Positions 47,488-60,435 of a DNA stretch of 64,000 nt are shown here, piece by piece. This DNA comes from Utricularia gibba. Lineage: Eukaryota > Plantae > Magnoliophyta. The stretch lies in the NCBI GenBank assembly GCA_002189035.1, contig NEEC01000031.1:124001-188000 (forward strand), given 5' to 3'. The stretch's first letter is position 1. Every line of letters starts with the position of its first letter. Position numbers and translations under genes: made by a program. The notes under the pieces were generated by a model. It did no database searches. It saw nothing but the letters and a program-made list of their open reading frames with translations, and was not told the DNA's origin.

Positions 47488-50400
47488 TTAGGATGATATT
47501 GGCTCATAAGGATACTGCAACCAAGGATGCTTTAGAGCTTCTGCAGCAGAGGGCCGTTTCTTGGGGTTTACTTCTAGAAGATGATCAACGAACTCGATGA
47601 AGCCCTGGTCGCCCATTGGTAGCCGATGCCTCAAGGATGACTTTTTTGGTATGAGGTATTCCAGCCTTGTAGTATCCTGAGGATGGAGTTGGAAGGAGAG
47701 GAGACAGAAATATCATAGTTAGTGGAGGACTGTTGCAGGAGCTGAGTCCAGAAGTAAATCGTATATAGCTCCACTACGCACGGCTAACTTAGGCTTAGAA
47801 ACAGTACTCTTCAGAATTCATGCCAGGCAAACTGCAAGAAGAAACGAATGAATGAAAGGGAAAAGAGATACCTGGTTTCTTTCGTAAAGCATGTGGTTTT
47901 TGGTGAAGTATTTGTGTGTATCTCGTCCTTTAGCAAGCATTTCTTGCTCAATTGGTCCAATGATCCCGATAACTCGAGCAAGCAAAGTGGCTGGAGAATC
48001 ATTTTGAAAGAGTACCTGGACATGACAAAGAACTGCCCGTATAAACACCAGCACAGTTACTGAATACATGGAAGTTGAAAAGGGAAGAACTTACATTGCC
48101 TGTGCAAAGTTCTGCCAGGATGCACCCGAGAGACCAAATATCGATTTTCTTATCATACGGAAGCCCCAAAATAACTTCTGGTGCACGGTAGGACCTAGAC
48201 TGAACATATGAACAAAGATGATCTGTCTCGAAACAGCTGCTACCAAGATCAATAACCTTGACCTCACACCGACTGTAACTTTTCACCAATATATTCTCAG
48301 GCTTCAGATCGCAATGAATGAGACCAAGACCGTGCAAGAATTGAAGAGCTTCCAAGCATTGAATAGTTATGGACTACATCATCATGAAATTGGTCAAATG
48401 GGAAAGAAAAAACACAATATGAAAAGGCAAACAATGTTGGTGGGATAACGAACCTGCAACCTGGGCATTGTAAAGTAGACCTCTCCACCTGATTCCTTGT
48501 TAAATTTGTGGAATTCGTAGAGGTTTGCTTTAAGCAATTCACATACAATCAATAAATGTTCCTGCAAATAAAAGCGAATAGGCAAAATTAGAGCTTTGGC
48601 ATACCAGCCATGACTTGCACAGTTACTGCAGATTAGACCACTTACTCGGTAGTAAAAGTAGTCATACAATCGAAGAATATGATACTTGTCACCAGGATCA
48701 TGCTTGTTCACATACTTCAGAAGCTTTATTTCATCAAGGCTCTGGTCAAAAAAATCCTTATTGTTCTTTATTATCTTGACGCAAACATCCATCCCCGTGT
48801 GCAAGTCATGAGCCTGAATAGCCTTACTAAATGCAGCAGAACCTAGATACTCAGTGACATGATACCGGCCAGCAATAACTGAGTTCAAAACAACATGGAA
48901 GTTTTTGTCCTCCTCAAATCCAGTCCTGAAAACAAGTATAGATTCATATGAAGCTTTTCGTAATCACATGCTTGTCCTAAAGGAATAATGCTTTAATGAG
49001 AAGTAGGGAAGATTAGATTTCAACAAAAGTATTTGTAGCACTAAAGTAGCGATGCCAATCTTCCTTAAAAGTTTAGTGACATTTGTGTAGTGCTCCTTAT
49101 CCGACATAAGAAAAAAAATTCATGCCTGTTTTTCCTGTGGACAATCTTCAAATTGAAGGTTTCAAATTCTTCTTCCTGTGCTTTTATCTGTTTCACTTGC
49201 TCTTGCACAGCAGCGGCTTCTTCGTCTTCCAAGGATGTTTCGGCATCAACATCTTCTGCATCCAGTTCTTTCGCATCAACATTTTTCTTTATCTTTTTAC
49301 TCTCATCATAGCCATAATTCGAAAGAGAAGAAGAGCTAGAATCCGCATATTCTCCTACATGAGCAAGGCGTTCGTCACCTGAGCTTTTATTTGCTGAAGA
49401 TGCACTGCTTTTCTGCCTCCAAGAAGCAAGCATACCATCATTAGCTATACCGCCATTACTTTCACCATTAACAGTATCATTTCCTTTTTCTAACCACATA
49501 GATTTACTGGAGCTTTCTGGAAGCAGTTGCCCATCTCTCGGGACAGGAAAGGAGAATCCACCATGTACATTGTTGTTTGCATGCGGATACACAAATTTAT
49601 CAGCATCCACCATATACTTTTCCGCATTGCGTCTCATCATGCTGTTTCCTTCTTTTCCAGAAAGATCAGTAATGGGTTTATCAGAAATATGTTGCCTGTA
49701 TCCAGATGAAATGGCATTGACGTCATGATCATTGTAATACCCTACATCCCCTTCACTACTTCCTCCAACTAAACTTTCACGCACTTCACTGCCTCTTTCA
49801 GCAGTGTCACTGTTGATACCAACGCCAATGGATCTGACTGAACCATGCTGATCATCATCGAAGAAGATATCTCCTGGGTGTAGGCCTCCACATTCATCAA
49901 CCAAGTTTCCTTCACCCATCATAATGAGATCATTTGACTGGGTGACAAAGCCCTGCCAAACAGGCTCGCTTTGCATCAAACTCAGTTCCTCACTCATCAA
50001 ATGATCATCATATTGATTCATCATGTCCTTTTCAGTGTGCTTGATATACATCTGTTTTGCTGACATGCCAGCTGAAACATCTGACTGGACAACAAAATCA
50101 ACATTTTTTGCCTGGAAACACTGCTCTCCAGAAAAGTACGATTCCTCTTCAGCAAATGACTGATCATCCTGATCATTTTTGTTCTGTGCCCTTTCTTCAG
50201 GATCAGGAATATCTCCATGCCCAGCACACTTCTCATTATCACTAGGGTAATCAATCTCATGGGCAAGAAACCATGTCTCATCTTCGATAGGCTGTCTTGT
50301 ATAGCCCACATCATCATCATCCTCATATTCATCAGAGTCCCAATATTCATTAGGGTAGTCAATTGACTCACTTACTCCATCACCTATAGTTGCAAAACCA

Positions 50401-51862
50401 GAAACAAGATCAGAAGTATCCTCAGCAATACCTTGACTTACAGAGAGCCAATTGCCTCCAAGCTTTTTCCCTGGATCATCATTAACAAAAAAAAAAAAAA
50501 TGAAAATCAACAGACAGCCATCCGAATTTCACACCAGGAAGCTTTCTAACTACATGAAGACCGGGATAAAAAAAAAGAAAAACATCATCAAAAAAGAAAC
50601 AAACACCTTCTTATGATATAACTGTAACCTTAATCCTATTTCAAATACCAATACCAACCTGAAGGGTTAATTTCTTGGCCAAGAGGCACGTCCAGGTATG
50701 ACCCTATAAGATGAGCAGTTTCAACATTCAATATCATTGGATCAGGTCCACCTTGATCATATTTTTCGTCCCAATGAATATTGAAGGACTTCTCTTCGGA
50801 CCTGAGCCTCACTGGTTTCAGTATGGGTAACTCTTCCTTCTGGTTCTGAGACAGATGCAAATGTTTTTGCTCACTTGAATAGGTCTTACGTAAATAAAGG
50901 GCTCTTCCGACCTCATCCACTTGGTCCTTTATGGCTGCCCGAATCTCGGCAAGTTCTGTTTTCCTTTTTTCATCCCTTTTTTCAATAAATGAAGCACCAC
51001 CATAACTTGTGGAAGTGCCTTCCTTGGAGAGAGGGAAAAAAGTTTTAACAGAGCATTCCTTCAGAAATCCTCTTGGATCAGTGGGGATGTCAAATTTGGT
51101 GTATGAATCATCATTAGTTTCATCTTTTAAGCGCAGGTTACTGGGTTTACCAGGCTGACCGGCCATGCCACATTCAATATCAGCACGCATTAGCCCAGAG
51201 CTTGTGTTACTCGCACTACCAGGCCAAGAAAATCTTTTTTCTCCAAGAGAAGTAGACTCCTCACATGCAATTCCATGTGCCGTACCACTACCAAAGCTTT
51301 GAGATGAATTTGATTTCGCATTTCCAGGGACCTGGAATCCCAAAAAATTGCTCCCATTGGCCCTGCCACCATCATCCTGATCCAATGCATTGGGACCGCT
51401 CATACCAACAACCCAAGGGTATAAATCCAATTCAGCATCTTCAGAACTCTGCATAAATGTGAAGTTCTTGTCACTCGTGCCAACACTCGCGTTAACCTTT
51501 CTCTGCTCACCTACAGTTTTGTAGCTCTTCCACCTATTCTCAGAACCATTTCTTCCGGTTCCACAATCCACCTCCTTCACAATTAGCTCCTTTGATACCT
51601 CTGTACCACTTGAAGTTGGTGAATCCTTTGGATTTTCACCACCATGAGCAGCGCTCTTTGTCTTACGATCGTCCACAACAGTGATCCCATTAAATTCACT
51701 TGAAAGGTTTCCGGATTCGTGATCTGAAAGCGACAGCTTTTGCAGAATTCCATTCAAGTCTGGTCTGTTACCCAATTCATTTCTCAATGCAGACTCAGCT
51801 TTGGTGAATTTATTTTTTCTAAGAAACTCCAGCACAACATCCACATGATTCGAGTCAGCCAT
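47488..51862 (-). CDS. DYRKP: Plant-specific DYRK-family kinase (DYRKP), 7 coding exons
   Basis: [24 protein letters not shown]-terminus; KIVHRKNR|[47 protein letters not shown] and [13 protein letters not shown]. Last exon ends [14 protein letters not shown], stop at 47488-47490. Confidence 0.94.
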
Positions 51863-53171
51863 TCATGAACAAAAGCTTAGAGCAACGCAGCTACACCAAT
51901 CAAGTACCCCTGAAAAGATAAAAGAAAAACATAATATCTAGAACTCTTAATTCAACCAACAAGTAAGTACAACGAACGCTAAAATTCATGGAAATACTTA
52001 GAAGAAGGCATATCCACCTTCCACTTCCTCCAAAACATAAAAAACAAGATCAAAACGCAACCCAGGAAACTATTGAAAAAAGAAAAAGCCAGCAGTACCC
52101 CCCGAAAGACAGAATGACATCAACTAATCGAAAACCCAATGCCCACTCTGGGAGCCGATGAAACAACATTTAATAAAGATCCAAGTTTTTCCAAACCCTA
52201 AAACGAACAATTCCGTTAAGACGAGCAATTGCAGCAACGCCTCGAAAATTGAATACTCACTGATCGCATAATCGGTAGTTGGTGCGCTCAGATTCAATCC
52301 CAACTGGTTTCAGCTGAATTCATCCCTGTCCCAACCCACCCCAGAAACCAGAATGAACATCAGAATCTCATTTTTTCACTTTCACGAGCGAAAACAGTTG
52401 CGTTTCTTTCTGTCCACAAGTACGCAGTTAATCCAGAGCTATACCGCTCCTTCGGTCCTACCTCCCCCCGGGGGTCACTGTGAAAATGGTCCAATTCACC
52501 CCCCAGATTTTGGTTGTGTGTCTCCGTTGTTCCATCGCATAGTATTCAAGAAAAAAAAAAGAAAAGAAAGAAAGCAGCAATTTACTCTGTAAAGATCGAA
52601 TCTTGGAAAATCTTAATAGGTGGAGGTGGGTACTTGCTTTTTTGTCTTAATTTTTTTGAGATGGACCTTAAATTAATTACGTGGAAGAGGGAAACTCGCA
52701 TCCAGATAAAGAAGCCTACGGTCTCCACATTTTAATGTAATAATAATAATAATTATTATTAAAATACTGAAATAATAATAATTATTATTATTATTATTAA
52801 CATATTATTAATATATTATTATTATCACAGCTATTGAATAAAAAAATAAAGTATTCTACACTATAATAAATATTTTATGCAATACTAAGCACAAGTAGGA
52901 ATTAGAAAATAGTCAATTATTGGAAAAGATAATATAAGATACTGAAAAATTTTTAAAATACAGTGTATGCCTCGGAAAATATAGCATATGCTTCCTCCAT
53001 GGATAGGGCCATCACAATGCTGTTTTTTTAAATAATATAAGGTGTGGAGCTATGCTTCAAAATAGATCTAGCCCATCATATCTAAGATTCGATCAACTCA
53101 ACTGATTAATTAAACACCATTCCATGTTTTTCTAATACAATATACAAGTTATACTATCATCAAGTCTCTGC

Positions 53172-53190
53172 TATATATATATATATATAT
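53172..53190 (+). repeat. (TA)9 microsatellite within an AT-rich intergenic block (52730-53550)
   Basis: Read directly. Confidence 0.85.
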
Positions 53191-53555
53191 GTTTGTATGC
53201 ATTTATGTATCAAATTTGAATTTCATCCATTTAAATCGAATCTATATTCATTAAAATCGGATTTTAAAATATGAGAAGTTGGAAAATAAAGCATGAACAA
53301 CCACTAGTTTAATTTCTTTATGCAGAATAATCATTTATATTTCTCAATATTATATTGATAATAAAAAAAATTGGGCGCAAAGTTATGTTTATTTAAATGA
53401 CCGATTACAATGTCCAAAATAAGTGAAGCAGAAAAAAGGTCATCCCTTGGATTGCACGATCCAACGGTGGACTTGGGAAGCATAATGAATGCATGCAGGT
53501 TGTTTGCTGGAATAGGAATTCTTAACTTGATGGGTTTCATCCATTTGAAAAAAAG

Positions 53556-53573
53556 TATATATATATATATATA
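53556..53573 (+). repeat. (TA)9 microsatellite upstream of the JAZ gene
   Basis: Read directly. Confidence 0.85.
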
Positions 53574-53784
53574 GACTTTTGGCGTTTCAGGTGGAGATCT
53601 ACTTCTGTATGAAGGGGGGAAATCCGAATGTGCTGCACACCCTGGCTGATCTATGCATTCCCGGTGTCAGCTTTTGTTCAAGGTAGAAGTTTTCGTCGGT
53701 GGCGCTGTAAGAATCGAGGGCGTCTCTAACTTATCAACATTGAGAAAAGTTTTGTTTTGTTTTGTTTTTTTTTGAACATTTCTA

Positions 53785-55844
53785 ATGATGGGTTTCTTCG
53801 TTGATGGTGCTGTCTGGTAAGATTTTTCCTAAAAAAATGGGTCTTCCTATTTTCCCCTTTCACCTCAAGTTACTTCAATTTCGTAACCTGCAGACCTGTA
53901 ATAAAGAATGTAGGTGGGGTGGGGTTGGTTGATCTGACTAAAATACTTGGTCCTTAGGATTTCTGGTCCAGGAGTCGATCGGACACTCACTGAATGAAAA
54001 GACTTTCGTACGACATGAATAGTGGCACAGTTATCTTCTTAATCGATTGGACAACCAGTGAACGAAACTTGAGATGATGTGCTATTTCCAAATGTCAACT
54101 TGCAGCTTCATCTTTTCGTATCTGCTTTCGTATTTCTTTTGGGGCATTGAAATGTGGAGACTTTTCTAAAACCTTGCATCATCTTATCCGGGATTGGGTA
54201 AACAATGCTATTTTCAACTTACATTGCTCCATCCCTTCAACAAAAGGACTGGAATCACTGCCCCACATGTTTTCTTTCTTTATTTCAGCCGCTGCTATGA
54301 ACACAATGCAGGATATCATATTATAATGCCTACCACAAGTATTTAATTCCCTTGATTATTTTAACTTGTTTGTTCTTCGTGTAGACTTATTCTATGTCAA
54401 CTGGGAGTTTTTAAAATCTTTTTTATCTTTTTTTTATTGGAAATGAGATTCCCCAGCTGACTTCTTATAGATGATTCAGCTTTCTTTGCCTGAGGCGTTT
54501 GAATTCTGATTGATTTCAAACTGCACTGCACCAATATTTCTGCTTGTTCTTGATCTTTAGGTGAAGCTAGTTGTATTCTCTGCTTAGAAAATTTTCAGTT
54601 TATGTGGTTTAGGATGAACTGATTCGCTGTTTCCTGAATCTGTAGTTCCACGATGCAGTGGCCATTTTCAAGCAACAGCACCGCTCCTGAGCTCCTATCT
54701 TTCAGTGCTGGTCAAGATGAAAGGCATATGATTCAGTTCGACTCTGTTTCATCAACCAGATTTGATTTTGAATTGAATCGCAACAACTATCCGGTATCGC
54801 AGGTTTGCAGATACGGTTCCCTTTTTCAGAACCTTATGTCATCATGTTCTTGGTTTCCTTTGCATTTCTCTCATTACATTGTCTTCATTGTTTCTCTAAC
54901 TCAGGTAGCATCTCTTCTTGAAAAACGGGGTCTTCCCTCGTCATCAACAACTTCACCTTCGATTCACCAGTTTGTAGAGAAATCCGGCCAGAATCATGTT
55001 GCTTCAATCAGTTCTCCGGCTCTGTGGCCTCTTGCCAGAGTGCCGGTAACAACGTGTGGTACCCCTTTTGTTGGGACCACAGATTTGAGGTATACAAATG
55101 TGGATAATCATGGATGAAAAGGCACCCATATGGCTATTTTGGAATGAATCAATGAAAAAATTTTCTTTTGTTGCAGGAGTGCTTCTAAAACCTCATCAGC
55201 TCCTTCCCAGCTCACCATCTTCTATAATGGCTGTGTGTCTGTTTACGACAACATTAGTCCTGAAAAGGTTCGCTTCACATGCCAATACTGCTCTCATAAG
55301 ATCGTTTATCCTTGACCATGGTGTACGGCTTGCAGGCTCAGGCAATCATGTTACTTGCTGGAAATGGACCGCCCCAGAAAGCTCCCGTCACCGTGCTGCA
55401 ACCTGGGCATGTTACCGTGACTGAACCATATGGCGGCACCATGAATCAGGGCTACTATTCGAGCTCCTCCAGGCCTGATCTAAATTATGTTCCTGAGTCT
55501 GATTCTGCCACACGCTTTGAAGCTCTTGACCTTCCTCAGAACGCCTTGATTTCAGGTGCAATTTCCCAGCTACGCCGCAAATCCTTGGCCCGGTTCGTGG
55601 AGAAGCGTCAGCAGAGGTACATATCAACATTTCAGCATACATTTTACAACGCTGTTTTCTAAAAACGAGTGAATTGGCAAGTAGGATCAATACTGATGTG
55701 TGATGCAGGGTAATGAGCATGGGAATGCAATATTCTGGGAAGCAAAACGAAGAAAGCAGCAGCAGCGACAGAGTAAGTTTTGTGTTGAATTCACAGGATC
55801 TGAGTTCAGTCTTTGATCCCACGCAAATAGCGGAGAGACCATAG
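53785..55844 (+). CDS. JAZ: JAZ/TIFY repressor (JAZ3/4/9 group) with a divergent Jas motif; both ends uncertain
   Basis: MQWPFSSN (54653), SQLTIFYNGCVSVYDNISPEK|AQAIMLLAGNG (ZIM/TIFY domain) and AISQLRRKSLARFVEKRQQR|VMSMGMQY (Jas). Candidate first exon 53785-53816 joins in frame (phase 2) to the acceptor at 54645. Confidence 0.82.
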
Positions 55845-56198
55845 CCGCAATTTGATCTCCTTGAAACAGGGTAGCTGTATGATCTTACTGTATAGCTATA
55901 ATTTTGCTTGTTCCTGATGTAAAAGTTGATTCTCTTCGTGTTCTTTGCGGAAATTTATCAAACAAGAAGCGCAAATCATCTCAGCCAAGGTAACTTGCAC
56001 TATATCTTCAGTCTCTCAATACAAGAATTTACACCAAAAGCCTCACTCTGGGGTAGTCGCAACATAACACTCTAAAACACTAAAGATTTTTTTTTTTCCT
56101 TTTTCTTCTCCTGAAAAAATAGTCATTTGCCATCACCTTCTCCAAGATTTCATCTTCTTTCTCCTCCACACATTCCTTCATTCATCATCTTCTCCATT

Positions 56199-58227
56199 TC
56201 ATGGACACCTGTAGTTTCTTCCAGGGCCTCCATAGTAGAAATAGTTGCCCCATACGTTGTTTTTACCTGCTCTGATATCGTAGCAATTTGGATGATCAGC
56301 CATAAAATGCAGATTGTTCATAGGGATCAAGCTGTTGTCCCAATCCACAACTTGCAAGTTCCTGAAGTACGAGGCTTTCCCAAATCCTTCACTAGCGAAA
56401 TGCCCACTTCCCATTTGAGTTGATGTATGGGAGCCTGTGGATCTGGTGTTCACTATCTCCCCTCCAAATTGTATCATGCTTGCATGCTTTTGCAGGTGAC
56501 TGAACAGGAACGACGGCCAGTATCCGACCAGAAGTCCGTTTCCGAATTCCAGCCACCAATGTCCGTGTCTCGGATCCTGAACCATGCAACATGCTAGTTT
56601 CAACCATCCATGGATCCACCAAAGAAGCAGGGGTGCTCTGTATTGTTTTAGAGCAATCAAGGGAATCATGAATCTTACCTTCCAGACCATGATACCGATA
56701 TCGAACTGTCGCCCCGAGTAGTACGACCTTGGCGATATGGCAGCTCCGATCGCTATCTTGTTGTTGATTTGAACAAATCCTGAACACAGCAAGTTATAGC
56801 ATCCCGTGGCTTGATATGCATCTGTCTGCGGTCCCAGAAGAAAGTTTCAGCATTTCATTGCAAGGAGACTGCTGTTTGTGTAGAAATTTGGGAAGCTCAC
56901 CGTCCAGTAAGTGAAGAACCTGGGATGTTTGTCTCCATACAGTTCAGGGCTTACCTGAAAATCCCACCCAAACATAAAGCATGAGAGGGGTCTGCTTCAA
57001 AAACTAAAGAAACACACCAACACCTCCAAACCTGCCAACCAGCTTCAATGGTGTTGAGATCGTTCCCGAAGGAGCCCGAGATCACCCAGATTTGGGAAAG
57101 ACTGAACTCGTAAGGATCCGTCACACTTGGTTCCCAAACGTTTATGCTGGCCTTGGCTCCATAGTACTGATCTCCATTCACAAACGCCACTGCGTGCTGA
57201 GTTACCAGACAGGAACATAACAGAATCAGTTCAAAATGTGGAATTAGTTTAGCAGGAATCTGTGAAAATGAAATGCCACACAATTATGACCAGCAGAACT
57301 GAGGCTCCTTGCTCCTTTGACTGATCGTCTAGAAAGGGACAAGACACAAAAGCTGTAGATCTAAACGGAGCGTGACAGAAGTTGTCTAAATGGAGACAGC
57401 CATAGAACCGCGGTTTGATGGCATATTCTACTATTTCAAACTACTGGTTAAAACCCCAGAATCCCCAAGGCTGCATGAGAACAACTTGTGAAGAAACTTC
57501 CACAGTAACCAACCTCATGACCAATGCTCATGGTATCACGACGAACACCACTACTGATCCTCTTCCTAGCGAATGTGCGGATGGAGTTTGCTCGTAGGAC
57601 ATCGGCTTCCGTCGTCCTTCGAATCGGAATCGTGCCCTCTGGACACGACTCACCGGCATCCATCCATGACTGAGAAACCTCTGCATTGAACTCCGAGTGA
57701 TTACGTCCCTTTGGCCTTTCTGGTGGTTCCTGGTTTTCATCAAGATGAGAATGTTTTTTTGTCATCTGAGAATTCTCCGAGAACGTCGGAAACTAACAAA
57801 TGAAACATCTAGATTGACCGAAAAGACTAGATTTTTTACACGGTACCATTGGTTTTTGACCCTTGAGCAAATGATGATCAAAAGCAGGCTGAAGATGCGT
57901 TTCAACACAATCTATGGTATCTCCATCGGAGCTCTTGAAGAAGCAAAACAGAGAAACATGTCGGCATAAGATCATTCTTTAAGCATCCAAATTAGAGAGG
58001 CCAAAAAAATCCGGAACCTGAATTGTCTTAACAGCAGGCTTGTTGATCTTTCGAAGTAAAACCTTGACTCTCTTTATCTTCAACCGCTCCTCATCCCACC
58101 GTAAAGTCTGATTCCGGCCGCCACCGCCGCCATATGCAGAAGTTGCCAATGCAGAGAAAACGAGGAAGAAACCAAGAAATAGTGGTAATCTGATTATCGT
58201 CTGGGATCGGGAAGAAGAAGAAGACAT
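56199..58227 (-). CDS. Neprosin-family glutamic peptidase precursor (DUF4409 propeptide plus DUF239), 7 exons
   Basis: Signal peptide; SSDGDTIDCV...QPAFDH; CPEGTIPIRR; YYGAKASINVWEP; NTIEAGWQ|VSPELYGD; TGCYNLLCSGFVQ; GYWPSFLF; QFGGEIVN; TQMGSGHF; FYYGGPGRNYRCP. Confidence 0.94.
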
Positions 58228-60435
58228 ATTGGTGTCTGTGGCTTTGTCTGGATATGCTAATTTCGGAGGGATCAGTGTTGTCTTGTATTGCAAACTCTCC
58301 ATGAAAACTCTGCGGCAACCACCAACTTCCTCACAAACAACAGAAGTTTAAAAAGAAAATGAAAATCCCACAAAATTTCTCACACTTTCCCCCCACTAAC
58401 GCTCGCATTTAACAATGGAGCCATCTCCTTTTTCAGTTTCTCTCTCTCAAACCATACAGAAAACTACAGAGATTCTTCTCTTTTCCAACTGAATTCTCTG
58501 CTCAATGTTATTTAAAAACGCCGTGCACTGAAACGTGCCTGAAAAATGATTTCGCAATACAACACCTTTTAAAAAAACCACTCACAATTCAAGTGGGAAA
58601 CAGAGCAGTGCAATTATTCACCGGTCGACCGGATCGGGTCTCTGGGAACAGTGATGTAATTAGTCGGTTTGTATAGCAACAAGAAAAAAGAAAAGCAGGG
58701 CGAAGCAAGGAAGCTATGACAGGTCAAGAAGCATTGATTTATTTCTTAAAGGCTGGACGGACACCAAGAAACATGTACATTTATTACAGGGGGGGCATCA
58801 GCATCACGTAGAAAACAGAAATGGCAAACCCAAAAAAAAAAGAGAAATGGGTTTGTTATTGTGTAAGAAAAGGGTCAGAAGGAGGAGTTCGGGCAGGCGT
58901 CTGGATGAGAAAATGCAGCAGGAAGGAGTGAATGCTGAAGAAGAATGGGATGGTCCTGGCTTGCGGTAACAGCAACTAAACATTGCCCCCCCAGTCCCTC
59001 ATTTTCTCCAACAAATTCATTGACTAACGCACCTGCCACATTAAATTTTCTAACACCACACTCCCATTCCCGCAACCTCCCTCCACTCCACCCTGTGCTT
59101 ATTACAACACTTTGACAAAATAATGAACTCGATGGCTAAATGATGCTGTGTTGTGTTGTGTGGTGTTTTGTCCCCTAGACATGATGAATTTTGAGCATGG
59201 TCTTTTTCTTTGACAGACATATGCGTGGTATCCAAGGAGATGGGTAGCAATGATCATGCTTTGTATGCATACGAGGACCAGAAGCAAACTGACAAGTTCT
59301 GTTTCAGGCTCAGACACAATAATAAAAATGCAAAACAAAAACTCTCAGTCTTACATGGATGGATGGATGGAGGCTTGCAATAACAGCCGCTCAACAATGT
59401 AATAAAATTTTGCACATTATTCTACTGATTAACGAGTGGACAAAACAATAGTAGCTTTTGCACCCCCAAGGGGCGGCCTTTGAGATCAACAAAATTTCTG
59501 AGTGGAGACATTCTTTTTCCTTAAAGCATGACACTGTGGGAAGATTCCTTTACCTAAATTATTGATTCTTAATGTGTGCATTATTTGATAATCGAGGAAG
59601 GAGGGACCCACTGGTGTTGCATCTGGGAAGACCATCTGTCCATGAGAGGTGTTGGCGAGGGAATCAGGAGGGAGTGGTGCTTTTCCTTTAAGCATTGAGC
59701 ATCAGTTCCTCCCTCCCCATCCCTGCCTTTAATCCACTTCAATGTGCCAAAAGCTGCTCCTGCGCGGCATGCTTTAGAATCTTTCGTTTGAACGACCACT
59801 GAGGCATGATCCAGTCCAGCCAATGCCTTGGTGGAGAAAAAGGTGAAAAGAAAGCAATGTGAATGACTTCGCCCTCGCTTTCACTCATGTCCCGGTCTCG
59901 AACCAGCAGCGATCACAAGGCTGGGCTGGTTGTATGTATGTATAATGGGGCAAACACACAAATGAAAAGCCAGCAGTGTCGTACTTGTAACAACTTTGAG
60001 TACCGCAGAAGCATGAGCTTTCCCATTATTGCACATGATGGTTGTGGAGAGCCAGAAAGTGGTAGACAAGCCTGCCCCAATTGAAGTGGCCTGCACTAAC
60101 ACCCCTTTCTGATTTTATTTTAATGAATCGCCATTGCGAGGAAAAATGAACCCCAAAACGGCCCATCGGACCAACGCCCCTACCCCAGAAACACAGTAAC
60201 ACACACGGTCCAAATTCCAACCCACTTGGGGTCATGAATCCTCGACCTTTTTTACCTTGTTGTAAGAATGGTGGGCGGACCCAAACTGCAGCTTGGGACA
60301 AAAAACTCGGCCCCAACACAATTCTGCATGCAGCCATCATGCGAGTCCGAGACGAGTTCCCGGGAGACAGTTAGGATAAATGCTGCATGCCGCAGTCACT
60401 GACAGGGCAATTAATTAATTCAGAGAAAAGAAAAG

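Noticed and set aside
52730-53550. AT-rich palindromic block as a possible MITE
   Set aside because: No terminal inverted repeats or target-site duplication could be defined; (AAT)n/(ATT)n expansions explain the symmetry.
58621-58632. 12-bp palindrome CCGGTCGACCGG
   Set aside because: Not above chance expectation.
59486-59695. ORF beginning MLKGKAPLPPDS, loosely like IDA/PIP peptides
   Set aside because: There is an in-frame stop just upstream, no signal peptide, and the motif is not C-terminal.
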